From: Minisyncoccia bacterium
GTDB lineage: Bacteria; Patescibacteriota; Minisyncoccia; Phycocordibacterales; UBA9973
Assembly (NCBI GenBank): GCA_965656375.1
Contig: CBFHKH010000001.1
Span: 13,432 to 77,431 of the forward strand
Direction: 5' to 3'
Length of the DNA: 64,000 nt
The first letter of the stretch is position 1, and every line of letters starts with the position of its first letter. The translations under genes were made by a program, and so were the position numbers. Shown here in pieces: positions 9,883-20,100 of this stretch. Below the pieces are notes generated by a model. It searched no databases. It was not told the origin of the DNA and saw only the letters and a program-made list of their open reading frames with translations.

Positions 9883-10860
9883 GTGAACTTACATACATAT
9901 AAAAAAATAGTTTTCTCAATTGGGGTATTTGCGCTTTTTTCAATAGCCGGAGGATTGATATACGCCGCTGAGAGGACAACCATAACAACTGAAGATTTCA
10001 ATGACTTCGTTGTAGAACCAGGTAGAACTGAAGTGCTTCTTGATCCTGGTCAGCATATTACAAAATACGTAAGTATTACGAACCGTATTAACAAAACTGT
10101 TAACTATGTTCTTACGAAAGAGGACTTAGTTGGAAGTAACGATCCTGATTCTCCGGTTAAACTTCTTGGTAATGAAACAGGACCATATTCTCTAAAAGAT
10201 TTTATAACTCCTGAGATAAATACTTTTAGCCTTAAATTCGGAGAGAAGATTACTATTGCTGTTGATATTTCAGTACCAGAGAAAGCTGAACCACGCGGAC
10301 ATTACGGCGCGCTTATCATTTCTACAACACCAAGTCTTAATGCAGATGGAACAGTCGCTGAAGAAGCAAAAGGAGGTGCACGTATTGTTTCGCGTATTGG
10401 CTCACTGTTTCTCGTTAAGGTAAATGGAGAGGGAAGACAAGAAGCATCGCTTCATGATTTTAAAACAATTGGTCCAAAGCGGTTAATTTTTAGCCATCCA
10501 CCAGAGGGTTTTGAAGTTGCACTTAAAAATACTGGTACGGTTCACCTTGTTCCGTACGGTACAGTAACAATTAAGAACATGGTAGGAAAGACTGTTGATA
10601 TACTACCGATAAATGCATATTTCTCACTTCCAGATTCAATACGATATATACAAACGCCGTGGGATAAAAAATTTGGTTTCGGCCGGTATACCGCTGATCT
10701 ATCGCTCTACCGTGGGTATGAGGGTGAAAACTTAGAATCGAAAATCGCCTTTTGGATTCTTCCATGGAAGATAATAATTCTTGCTATTGTCGTAATATTG
10801 ATCTTAGTTTCTATCTTCTATTATATTTCTACTCGATTTGAACTTAAAAAGAAAGGCTAA
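9883..10860 (+). CDS. DUF916/DUF3324-like cell-surface protein with an N-terminal signal peptide and a C-terminal TM anchor plus basic tail
   Basis: GTG start. The architecture is signal peptide, Ig-like region, second domain, then C-terminal anchor. The Ig-like region is FVVEPGRTEVLLDPGQ...YVSITNR...GHYGALI. The anchor FWILPWKIIILAIVVILILVSIFYYISTRFELKKKG is typical of WxL-locus CscA-type anchors. Confidence 0.5.
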   Translation: MNLHTYKKIVFSIGVFALFSIAGGLIYAAERTTITTEDFNDFVVEPGRTEVLLDPGQHITKYVSITNRINKTVNYVLTKEDLVGSNDPDSPVKLLGNETGPYSLKDFITPEINTFSLKFGEKITIAVDISVPEKAEPRGHYGALIISTTPSLNADGTVAEEAKGGARIVSRIGSLFLVKVNGEGRQEASLHDFKTIGPKRLIFSHPPEGFEVALKNTGTVHLVPYGTVTIKNMVGKTVDILPINAYFSLPDSIRYIQTPWDKKFGFGRYTADLSLYRGYEGENLESKIAFWILPWKIIILAIVVILILVSIFYYISTRFELKKKG

Positions 10861-10870
10861 TTCTACTGTG

Positions 10871-11647
10871 ATGAGAGTGTATACCACTACTAAAAAAAGT
10901 ATTCGTTTTTACGTAATACTTTTTTTAGTAGCAAGCACTACTCTTATCCCATGTTTATCTGTAACTGCGTATGTCATGGGGAGTGGTGCGTATCAAATTC
11001 AATCTGATAGCATTAACGTCGGAGGACTCTCGTCAACATCTACAAACTATGGTCTCAATGATACGCAAGGAGAGGTAGGAACAGGCTACTCAAACAGTTC
11101 AAATTATTATATGCATGCCGGGTACTGGCAGATACAAGATAGTTATATATCAATTTCTTCACCTGCAGATATCGCACTCTCTTCTATCTCTGGACTTACT
11201 GGTGGCGGTTCAGAAGGAACTGCAGCATGGACTGTTATTACTGATAATGTGGCAGGATATTCAATGACGATACAGACGAGCACTACTCCAGCACTCAAAT
11301 CGACCTCCGATTCATTTGCAAACTACACACCGAGTGGTGGGAATCCTGATTATCTATTTACGAATGCATCAGCGAATTCTTCATTTGGGTTTTCACCAGA
11401 AGGTTCTGATGTAATTACTCGCTTCAAAGATAACGGTTCAGCATGTAATACTGGAACGTCCGAAACTAGCTCTCGCTGTTGGGATGGATTATCAACGAGC
11501 GCGGCAAATATTGCAGGAAGTAGTACCAGTAACCACCCAGGTGGCACGCCTACCACGGTTCGCTTCAGAGCTGAATCAGGAGCAACTCATATACAGACCG
11601 CTGGTGCGTACTCTGCGACTGTAACGGTAACAGCAACTACGCTATAA
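10871..11647 (+). CDS. Secreted beta-rich surface protein, WxL-domain-like (paralog 2)
   Basis: Internal ATG start with a signal peptide. Motifs AAWTV...GYSMTIQTSTTPAL and the C-terminal AGAYSATVTVTATTL parallel the 9201-9860 protein. Confidence 0.5.
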   Translation: MRVYTTTKKSIRFYVILFLVASTTLIPCLSVTAYVMGSGAYQIQSDSINVGGLSSTSTNYGLNDTQGEVGTGYSNSSNYYMHAGYWQIQDSYISISSPADIALSSISGLTGGGSEGTAAWTVITDNVAGYSMTIQTSTTPALKSTSDSFANYTPSGGNPDYLFTNASANSSFGFSPEGSDVITRFKDNGSACNTGTSETSSRCWDGLSTSAANIAGSSTSNHPGGTPTTVRFRAESGATHIQTAGAYSATVTVTATTL

Positions 11648-11654
11648 TACAGTA

Positions 11655-13604
11655 ATGAAATCTCTATACCGGACACTTCCTCTTTCTATAGTCATCCTTT
11701 TTGCCAGTATAAGCATTGCTTCTGCTGCAACGAGCACTTTCCCAGTACGTCTCAATGTCCAAGGATGTAACAATAACGGTATCTGTGAAGCAGTGCTCGG
11801 CGAAGACACTAGCAGTTGTCCAGCTGATTGCCATACAGGACCTCCTGGCGATGATGGTGGGGGTGGTGGAGGTTCTCCAAACTATTTTTATGACATACGA
11901 GTAACTCCGACGCAAACAGGTGCGTATTTTGATTGGAAGAGTCGATTTCCTGCACTCTCAACGCTCAAGTGGGGACTAACGACTGATTATGCGCTTGGCT
12001 CTACCCAAGAAACAATGTATTCTGCAACGCATACATCTTTTATTCAAAATTTACTAACTAATACTCGCTACTATTTTAAAATCGAAGGTCAAAATACTGA
12101 TCGTACTACAGTTCCAGCATATGTTAGTTTTTTTAATACCCTCCGCGTTCCTGATGATACACGACCGTCTCCTCCAACAGATTTTATAGCTACACCAAAC
12201 ATCGCTACGAATACCATCACTCTTACTTGGCACAATCCAACTGATTCTAATTTTAATTATGTACGTATAGTGAGAAACAGGGAGACAGGGAATACAAGTC
12301 CATTCCTTGGCCAGATTATATATGAGGGAAATCTTGAGTACGCAATAGATAGAGATATCTTTGTATTTACTCGATATTTTTATACTATTTTTGCCCGCAC
12401 AACAGAGGGCGAATTTTCTTCTGGTGTTGAAGCAAACGCTATGGTGAGTCCTATTTCTATTGATCAGTGTATCCTCAATCCGTCATCATGTGTGCCACCT
12501 CCGAATCCATGCACACTCAATCCATCATCATGTATTAATCCACCAGACCCATGTCTCTCAAATCCTTCGTTATGCACCACTCCACCTACAGATCCATGCC
12601 TAGCAGCTCCGTCACCATGCACTACAGAGCCTATCGATCTACCAGTTAAAGAAGTACCAAATATCGTAACCCTTACTCCGTCTATTGCTGTTGGTCTCAG
12701 TGTCTTACTCTCAACACTATCCGCATTGCTTTCAGGATCATTTGCATTTGGAGAAATAGGATTCTTACTCTTACGATTGTGGTCACTTCTCCTCATTGCA
12801 TTTGGACTCAAGAAACGTACTCCACCGTGGGGTGTCGTGTATGATAGCGTTACCAAGCAACCACTTGATCCGGCGTATGTCGTTCTTCTTGATAAGAATG
12901 GAAATGAAGTTGCAAGTTGTATTACAGATTTGGATGGACGATACGGATTCGTAGCAGAGCCTGGAGTCTATACAATCGTTGCTACCAAAACTAATTATTC
13001 ATTTCCATCTAGAAAGCTCCATGGCATGAGAGGGGATGAGCTCTATGGTAATTTATATTTTGGTCACGATATCGAAATTACAAAAAGTGGATCAATCATT
13101 GCAAGTAATATTCCGCTCGATCCTATTAACTTCGACTGGAACGAATTTGCGAAAAGAGATCAGCATCTTATGAAATTCTTCAATGCTCGAGATGTGTGGC
13201 TCGGTAGACTTTCAAACGTACTATTTTGGGCAGGGTCACTGTTCTCTGTATATGCAGTTATCGTGAGCCCTACAGGGTACAATATCGCAATTGTAGGACT
13301 TTCTCTTTTTGTATATATACTGCGAACTCTTGGATTGCAGAGTTATCCAAAAGGATCAATTTTTGAAGGTCTAACTAAGAATCCGCTTCCATTCTCAATC
13401 TTGCGCGTCTACGGGGAAGGTAGTACAAACGAACTCTATCACAAAGTTGCTGATCGAACAGGTAGATATTATGCAATTGTGCCAAATGGTAAATATCGAG
13501 CTATAATTGAAAAGAAAAATGCCGATGAATCATATACAAAGATTCCAGTTTCTGAACCTGTTTCAGTAACCAGAGGCTATCTCAAAAAGAATTTTAAGAT
13601 CTAA
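11655..13604 (+). CDS. Polytopic membrane protein with a signal peptide, an FN3-like domain, a Cys-Pro-rich repeat linker, multiple TM helices and two carboxypeptidase-regulatory-like beta-sandwich domains
   Basis: The FN3-like region is PSPPTDF...TITLTWHNPTD...YVRIVR. There are six repeats of the form P-x-P-C-x-x-N-P-S-x-C. The hydrophobic stretches are LSVLLSTLSALLS and LLLRLWSLLLIAF. The CarbopepD_reg-like segments are GVVYDSVTKQPLDPAYVVLLDKNGNEV...DLDGRYGF and GRYYAIVPNGKYR. Confidence 0.55.
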   Translation: MKSLYRTLPLSIVILFASISIASAATSTFPVRLNVQGCNNNGICEAVLGEDTSSCPADCHTGPPGDDGGGGGGSPNYFYDIRVTPTQTGAYFDWKSRFPALSTLKWGLTTDYALGSTQETMYSATHTSFIQNLLTNTRYYFKIEGQNTDRTTVPAYVSFFNTLRVPDDTRPSPPTDFIATPNIATNTITLTWHNPTDSNFNYVRIVRNRETGNTSPFLGQIIYEGNLEYAIDRDIFVFTRYFYTIFARTTEGEFSSGVEANAMVSPISIDQCILNPSSCVPPPNPCTLNPSSCINPPDPCLSNPSLCTTPPTDPCLAAPSPCTTEPIDLPVKEVPNIVTLTPSIAVGLSVLLSTLSALLSGSFAFGEIGFLLLRLWSLLLIAFGLKKRTPPWGVVYDSVTKQPLDPAYVVLLDKNGNEVASCITDLDGRYGFVAEPGVYTIVATKTNYSFPSRKLHGMRGDELYGNLYFGHDIEITKSGSIIASNIPLDPINFDWNEFAKRDQHLMKFFNARDVWLGRLSNVLFWAGSLFSVYAVIVSPTGYNIAIVGLSLFVYILRTLGLQSYPKGSIFEGLTKNPLPFSILRVYGEGSTNELYHKVADRTGRYYAIVPNGKYRAIIEKKNADESYTKIPVSEPVSVTRGYLKKNFKI

Positions 13605-13692
13605 ATCACCCATATATCTACGTGTGGATAACTTAATCTTTTTATTAGCATAAAAAGATTATTTTAGCTATACTGTATATAGTTATTTTTGT

Positions 13693-13739
13693 TATATCGT
13701 CTATCCGATACACTCATTCTTTCTATATCGTCTATCCGA
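13693..13739 (+). promoter_or_regulatory. Two exact 16-nt direct repeats, tatatcgtctatccga, with starts 31 nt apart, upstream of the HTH / giant-protein operon. Candidate operator or promoter element.
   Basis: Repeats at 13693-13708 and 13724-13739 lie in the AT-rich 160-nt intergenic region before the ATG at 13765. Confidence 0.3.
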
Positions 13740-13764
13740 GATAGCCTTATAATATATAGCTTAT

Positions 13765-14121
13765 ATGGAATCTCTTAAAAAAATTATAAATTTAAGCGAA
13801 GCAGCAAAAATGAGCGGCTATACTCAAGACTATTTGGGCTATCTGATTCGCACGGGCGAGATGAAAGGCAAGAAGCTTGGTAGGAACTGGGTCACCACTC
13901 AGGAAGAACTCAATAATTACATTTTTAAGAGAAAAATTCGCCAAAATGAGCTCGCGTTAAACTATTTTGTCTCAAAGCGCCGTATCAAAAGTATCATCAC
14001 TATTTCTATTATCTTACTGATTATAGTCACCTCGATAGTGATGGTTTCTCAAAGCGAGAAAACTCCTGTCACGCTTCAAACTGAACTTTCGAATACGGTG
14101 GAAGCAACAACTACTAATTAA
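13765..14121 (+). CDS. Small excisionase/MerR-type HTH (HTH_17-like) DNA-binding protein with a C-terminal TM segment
   Basis: The HTH region LSEAAKMSGYTQDYLGYLIRTGEMKGKKLGRNWVTTQEEL matches the HTH_17 pattern. The C-terminus is hydrophobic (IITISIILLIIVTSIVMV). The stop codon is 2 nt before the giant gene's start. Confidence 0.5.
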   Translation: MESLKKIINLSEAAKMSGYTQDYLGYLIRTGEMKGKKLGRNWVTTQEELNNYIFKRKIRQNELALNYFVSKRRIKSIITISIILLIIVTSIVMVSQSEKTPVTLQTELSNTVEATTTN

Positions 14122-14123
14122 TA

Positions 14124-17100
14124 ATGGAATCTTTAATTAAAAACGTAAAAAAAACTGTTGTTAAAAAAAAGATCTCTGTAGTATTTCTTGTGCTACTCAT
14201 AGTTTTCTCAATCTCATACTCCGCTACGAACGCAGCATTTAATAAACAAATAAATTACCAAGGAAAACTTACAACATCTGTAGGGGTGGCTGTTGCAAAT
14301 GGAACATATAACATGGAGTTCAAACTCTATACTGTAAGTTCTGGTGGAACTGCTGTATGGACAGAAACAAGAACTGGTGCTGATAAAGTTCAAGTGACAA
14401 GCGGACTTTTCTCAGTACTTCTTGGTGAAGTAACATCACTCTCAGGAGTCGACTTCAATCAGACGCTTTATCTAGGAGTCAACATCGGAGGTACTGGTTC
14501 TCCAGCTTGGGATGGAGAAATGACTCCACGAAAAAAATTGGGTGCTGTACCTGCTGCAGTAGAAAGTGAACGGGTGGGTGGCTTTACACCTGCGCAATCA
14601 GCGAGTGGAAGTCAAATCCCAGTGCTCACATCTGATGCGATTATTTTAAGTGGTAGCGCAGCAGGCCTTACTGGCACATCTGCAAATGTTCTCAAGCTTC
14701 AAGGTGGATCGACGGGCGATATACAGTTTTTTGGAGCAACAAATAAAATTTCAAATGCTGGTATGCTTACACTTGCTGGAGGCATTACTGTCACGCCCTT
14801 CACTGCTGCAAACGGCGTCGTCTATGCCACAAGTTCTGGGGTACTTACACAAACTGCTGCATCATCCGGTGCATCATGTCTCATCTCAGCATCGGCTGGT
14901 GCTGCACCGACGTGGGGAGCGTGTACGGCTGGAGGATACTGGTCCCGTTCTGGAACCACAGTCAGTCCGAGTACAATTACCGATAAAGTAAATATCGGCA
15001 ATGCAACAGATCAGGGAAGTTACATATTGCAAGTCACCGGAGATCAGTACCTCGATGGAAAACTTCATCTAAAAAATACTGATATTCAAGAAATGGGAAC
15101 GCGATCCATTTCAATCGGGGCAGATATACCAAGTGTCACGGACAGCTTCTTTTTTGGACAAAATGCTGCAACTTCTGCAACTGGAGCGAGCAACTCAAAT
15201 TTTTTAGGTAACAACGCAGGATATACTGCTACGTATGCTCAAAACTCAAACTTTTTGGGCAATAGAGCAGGGTACGCTGCAACTTCTGCAAGTGGTTCAA
15301 ATTTCTTTGGTTATAGTGCTGGAGAAAGCGCATCCTCTGCAAGTGGTTCAAATTTTTTTGGTACTAGTGCTGGAAACGGAGCTACTAGCGCTGCCGAATC
15401 GAACTTCCTAGGCTCATATGCAGGCGGCAGTGCGTCGTCAGCTTCATTTTCAAACTTTTTAGGATACGCAGCCGGCTATCAGGCAACGAGCGCACTCCGC
15501 TCAAACTTTTTCGGTAATAGCGCAGGACAAGGTGCTTCAAATGCGTCGTATTCAAATTTTATAGGATACTTGGCTGGAAAAACTTTTTCGGGAAATAATG
15601 TCGGGTCAAACAATATAATCATCGGTACCAACATTTCTCTTCCAAATGCTGCTGCAAATTCCATCAATATCGGAGGAATCCTTTTTGGAACCGGTACCTA
15701 TGCAACTACGACAGGTAATGCATCGATTGTTCCAGTTGCGGCAGGAAATATTGGTATCGGCGTAGTATCCCCGACAGCTCGCCTTCATCTTGCAGCAGGT
15801 ACTGCCACTGCAAACACTGCTCCGCTTAAATTTACAACTGGTACGGCACTTACCACGCCTGAAGACGGATCAGTAGAATATCACAGCTCACACTTATACT
15901 TTACAATTGGTTCGACTCGATATCAGCTTGACCAACAAGCAGCCGGAGGAGGAGTGCATCTTGATCAGATAGCTGCAGCGCTTGCTTCTAATGGATCGGG
16001 TATTGATAACTTAAACTATGCACAAACCTGGAATTGGTCTACCGCTACAACTCAAACCCCACTCACACTCACTGCAAACGGTTTAACAACGGGAAGTATC
16101 CTCTCCCTTACTTCAAGTTCTGCTTCAGCAACAACTGGTCAGAAAGGATTGAATGTTGCACTTACTGGTGCACTCACTGGAGCACAGACAACCTATGGTG
16201 GATATTTCTCAAATGCTCGTACTGGTGCAAGTGCGGTTAATGTCGGTCTCTATGCAACTGCATCGGCAGCAGGTACAAACTATGCTGCAATCTTTGATCA
16301 AGGGAATGTGGGGATTGGGACGACGACACCTGCTTCTAAATTAGATATTGCGGGAACCATTACTACCAACGGAGACACTGTCTCAAATCTGGTAGCCACG
16401 GTGAGTAATATGAATGGCGGTACTCTATATGGTTCAAAGATTGCGCTCACTGCTGGAAGCGGTGCAGGTGCAGGTGGGGCGATTGTAGCAAATAACATCA
16501 GTACGACCTTGTCTGGAACTACCAACTTACCAAGTAGTATTGTTGGTTTGGCAACTCAGACTAATCACGGAGCGGCGTCAGGTACCCTCACAAACCAGGT
16601 TGAATATCAGACAGGACCTTCAGTGACAGGTGGTGCGACAACGACAACATTGCAGCATATCAGCTTGAGAGATGTCTTTACTTCAACAGGAGGTACGGTT
16701 ACCAACCAATACGGCCTGTACATCAATGGATTAACTGCCGCAGCTACTAACTACGGCATATATTTTGCAAACACACCCAATGGTGGCTCGATTACTTCTG
16801 GTGCTTCAACAGACATCGCAATTATACCTGGTGCTGGTGGCAACGTCGGTATAGGTGACACAACTCCAGCGTCACTCTTCACCGTCGGTTCAGGTGACCT
16901 ATTCCAGATCAACTCTTCTGGTAATGTCGCTGCTATAGGCGGCGCGGCACATACGATTGCAAATTCTTCTGGTGCACTCAGCATTGATGCTGCATCCTCA
17001 GGTGCCTTGAATTTGAACAACACAGGAACCGGCGACGTTCTCCTTGCAGGAGGTTCAGCAGCAACAGGTTGTACGGTTGCAAACTCAACTGGAAACCTCA

Positions 17101-20100
17101 CGTGTTCTGGTAACATCATCGGTGGAACTACTGGTACTATCGGCTACTGGGCACGTAACAATTCTACTTTTACCCTCACTCCTGCAACTGCAAACGACAT
17201 AATTTCAATTTCAACAAATTTAACCACTGCATCCAACAAAGCAATCGAAGGCCTCCAGACTGGCGCGACATCTGGCACGGACTACGCCGGCTATTTCTCA
17301 AACACTGGCGCAGCCACAACAAATGTTGGTTTGTATGCGACTGCAAGTGGAGGAACGAACAACTACGCAGCGATATTTGACCAAGGGAATGTTGGGATTG
17401 GGACAACGACACCAAATGCTTCATATGAATTACAAATAGGAAATGGTTCAGGGTCAGCTACAGGGCGAATCCTTCTTAGTGGAAATGGTGATGATGAACA
17501 TATAATGTTTGCTAATAGTGGAGGTAACCGCTTTCGGATTGGTCAAAACGGAACGGTTCTTGGCTTCGTAAGCCAAGGAACTGGTGTTGGAGGTGTCGGG
17601 CAGTCATTCTTATTTACTGGTGGTACTCCTGATACGAGTCACCAAGGTTCCTTGTTTAAGATAAGTGGTACATTTAATCAGGCAGCACAGGTAACTGATG
17701 GCTTGCTTGTAAATATTACTAACACTGCTTCAGCTGCTGGTTCGAGTCTTGCTAATTTCCAAATCGGAGGCTCTTCAAAATTCTTTATTGATGCCAATAA
17801 CGGCAACGTCGGTATCGGGACGGCAACACCAGGACAAAAATTACAAGTTGAAGGTGATGTTAGTATCACTCGTTCATCGTTTTCTAGTACTCATCAAATT
17901 CAAATAAACAATGGAGGTAATACTATCGGTATCGGTTTTAATTCACCTGTCTCAACTCTCGACATTATTGGTTCAAGTGGAAGCCAGGCATACATTGTTT
18001 CTAATAATGCTGCGCTTAATGTCGGTAACCGCTCAACGGGACCAATTAATTTTGTCACACAGAGCGCTTCAGGAACAAAATGGCAAATAACTTCAGCTGG
18101 TAACTTTATTACTGGTGCTGACAACAGTTACGATATAGGAGCAAGTGGTGCAACAAGACCTAGAACTGGATATTTCGGTAGCACTGTCGTTGTAGGTGCA
18201 TCTCAAATTAAAACACTCTCATCAACAGGCTATTATGTGGCTACGAGGGGTTCATTGCAAAATCCATCTGATGGTGTTTGGCTAATTACTGATGCAGCTG
18301 AAACAAGTTTCGGTCGCCTTCAACTTGGCGGGACTACATCTAGTTTCCCAGCAATCAAGCGAAACGGTACAGCAATAAACTTCAGGCTCGCTGATGACTC
18401 GGCCGACACTACAATCACCGCATCTGGCGCGACGCTCTCGACAGCTCCGACTACTTCTGCGGGAAGTTACGACATCATCACTCGAAACTCTTCAACTGGA
18501 GTATTAGAAAAAATATCTAGCACTGCTATGCCAGGTGGATCAGGTACCACAAACTATGTTGCTCGTTGGACGGGAACAAATACACTTGGCACTGGAGTAC
18601 TCTATGATAACAATACAAGTGTTGCTATTAGTGATACATCGACTGATAGTGTCGGGGCAAAATTATTCGTTAATGGTGCAATCTCGGCAGTAGGAACTAT
18701 CAGATCATTTGCTGCGAAAGATACTTATAATGTTGCTATCAGTTCAAACAGTATCAATGCCTATAACTATACTAACCCTAGCGGCCAAGGACTCAGTATT
18801 TTGAATGTGAGTACGGGGAATCTCGCTTTAGTAGGCGGAGGCGGAAACGTTGGCATCGGCAATGCTTCCCCATCGGGACTTCTCTCGCTCGCTGGCAACC
18901 GTACTGCTTTAGCGTGGGGCACAACAGGTATTAATTTTCAGACTGCTGCAGCGACTTACACTGACAGTTCGTCTTCAGGAACAGTTGCAAGCGTAGTTGC
19001 AAATTCTTTTGGAGTTCCAACATTCGCAGCATCATCAGCGACGACATACACTGCTGCATCAAATGTCTACATCGCTGGAGCACCAAGTGCTGGGACTAAT
19101 GTCACGATCACAAAAGGATACGCGCTTGATGTTAATGGTCCAACAAGAATAAAAACAAACTCTGGAAGCGCAACAGGACTAACGCTCACAAGTACTGGAA
19201 CTATAAACTGGAGATTTGGAAATGTGGCGACAAATGATTTTGGTCTATTTGCTCCAACAAGTGCAGGTGGAGAAGTTGCACTCCTTAACTTTACAGATTA
19301 TACCGACGCTTCTGTGCCAGTTTTGAGATTTGGAGGAGGTATTGCTGCATATGGATTCAATCCATATTGGGGCATTAATACAACGGGTGCAGGTACAAAC
19401 TATAGTAGTGATTTTGTTGTGAAGTCTTTTGGATCAACTCATGTGACTTCGGTTTCTAATTCCTCGAATGTACTTACACAGTGGGTTAATAGTAATGGTG
19501 ATGGATACTTTGCAGGCAACGTAGGTATTGCGAATACAAGTCCGACAGCGAAGCTTGATATAACATCGACCCAGACAGCGACAGCGAACAGCCAAGTGCT
19601 CGGAGTCAATCTAACAGGAACACTTACTGCACGTGCTACTGCGTCAGATACGCTCTATTCGATGCGCAACACTCAAGTATTAACTGCTGCGGCGAACAAT
19701 CAAAATCTTGTCGGATTGTCTATTGCTCCTACTTATTCTTTAGGAGCTTTTACTGGAACAACTATGTTCCCCCTTGATGTTGTAGGCTCTGCAGGCGCAA
19801 GAGTTAGAGTCAAAGCATTATCAAACGGCAATGTTGAATTACAAGTAGGTGATCCTACAGGAGGTGGCAATGGTGGCAATATAAGATGGTTACGTCCTTC
19901 TGGTGGCGCAGATGGACCAACAATATCTTTCGGTAATGCTGACTTAGCTTTCGATAATCCAGGTTATGGAGGATTTGTATTTACCGCTACTTTAGGAGCT
20001 TCTATGTCTGTATTAAAATTAACAAATACTCCTTATGCAGCAGGTACAGCTACAACTAATCATCCATTATTTTATAGAAATGGCGGTACAGCACCGACGA

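Noticed and set aside
15194-15601. Regular 51-nt tandem repeats that could look like a CRISPR array or VNTR
   Set aside because: They are in-frame inside an 11 kb ORF and encode a conserved peptide repeat. The units are directly adjacent and there are no spacers or cas genes.
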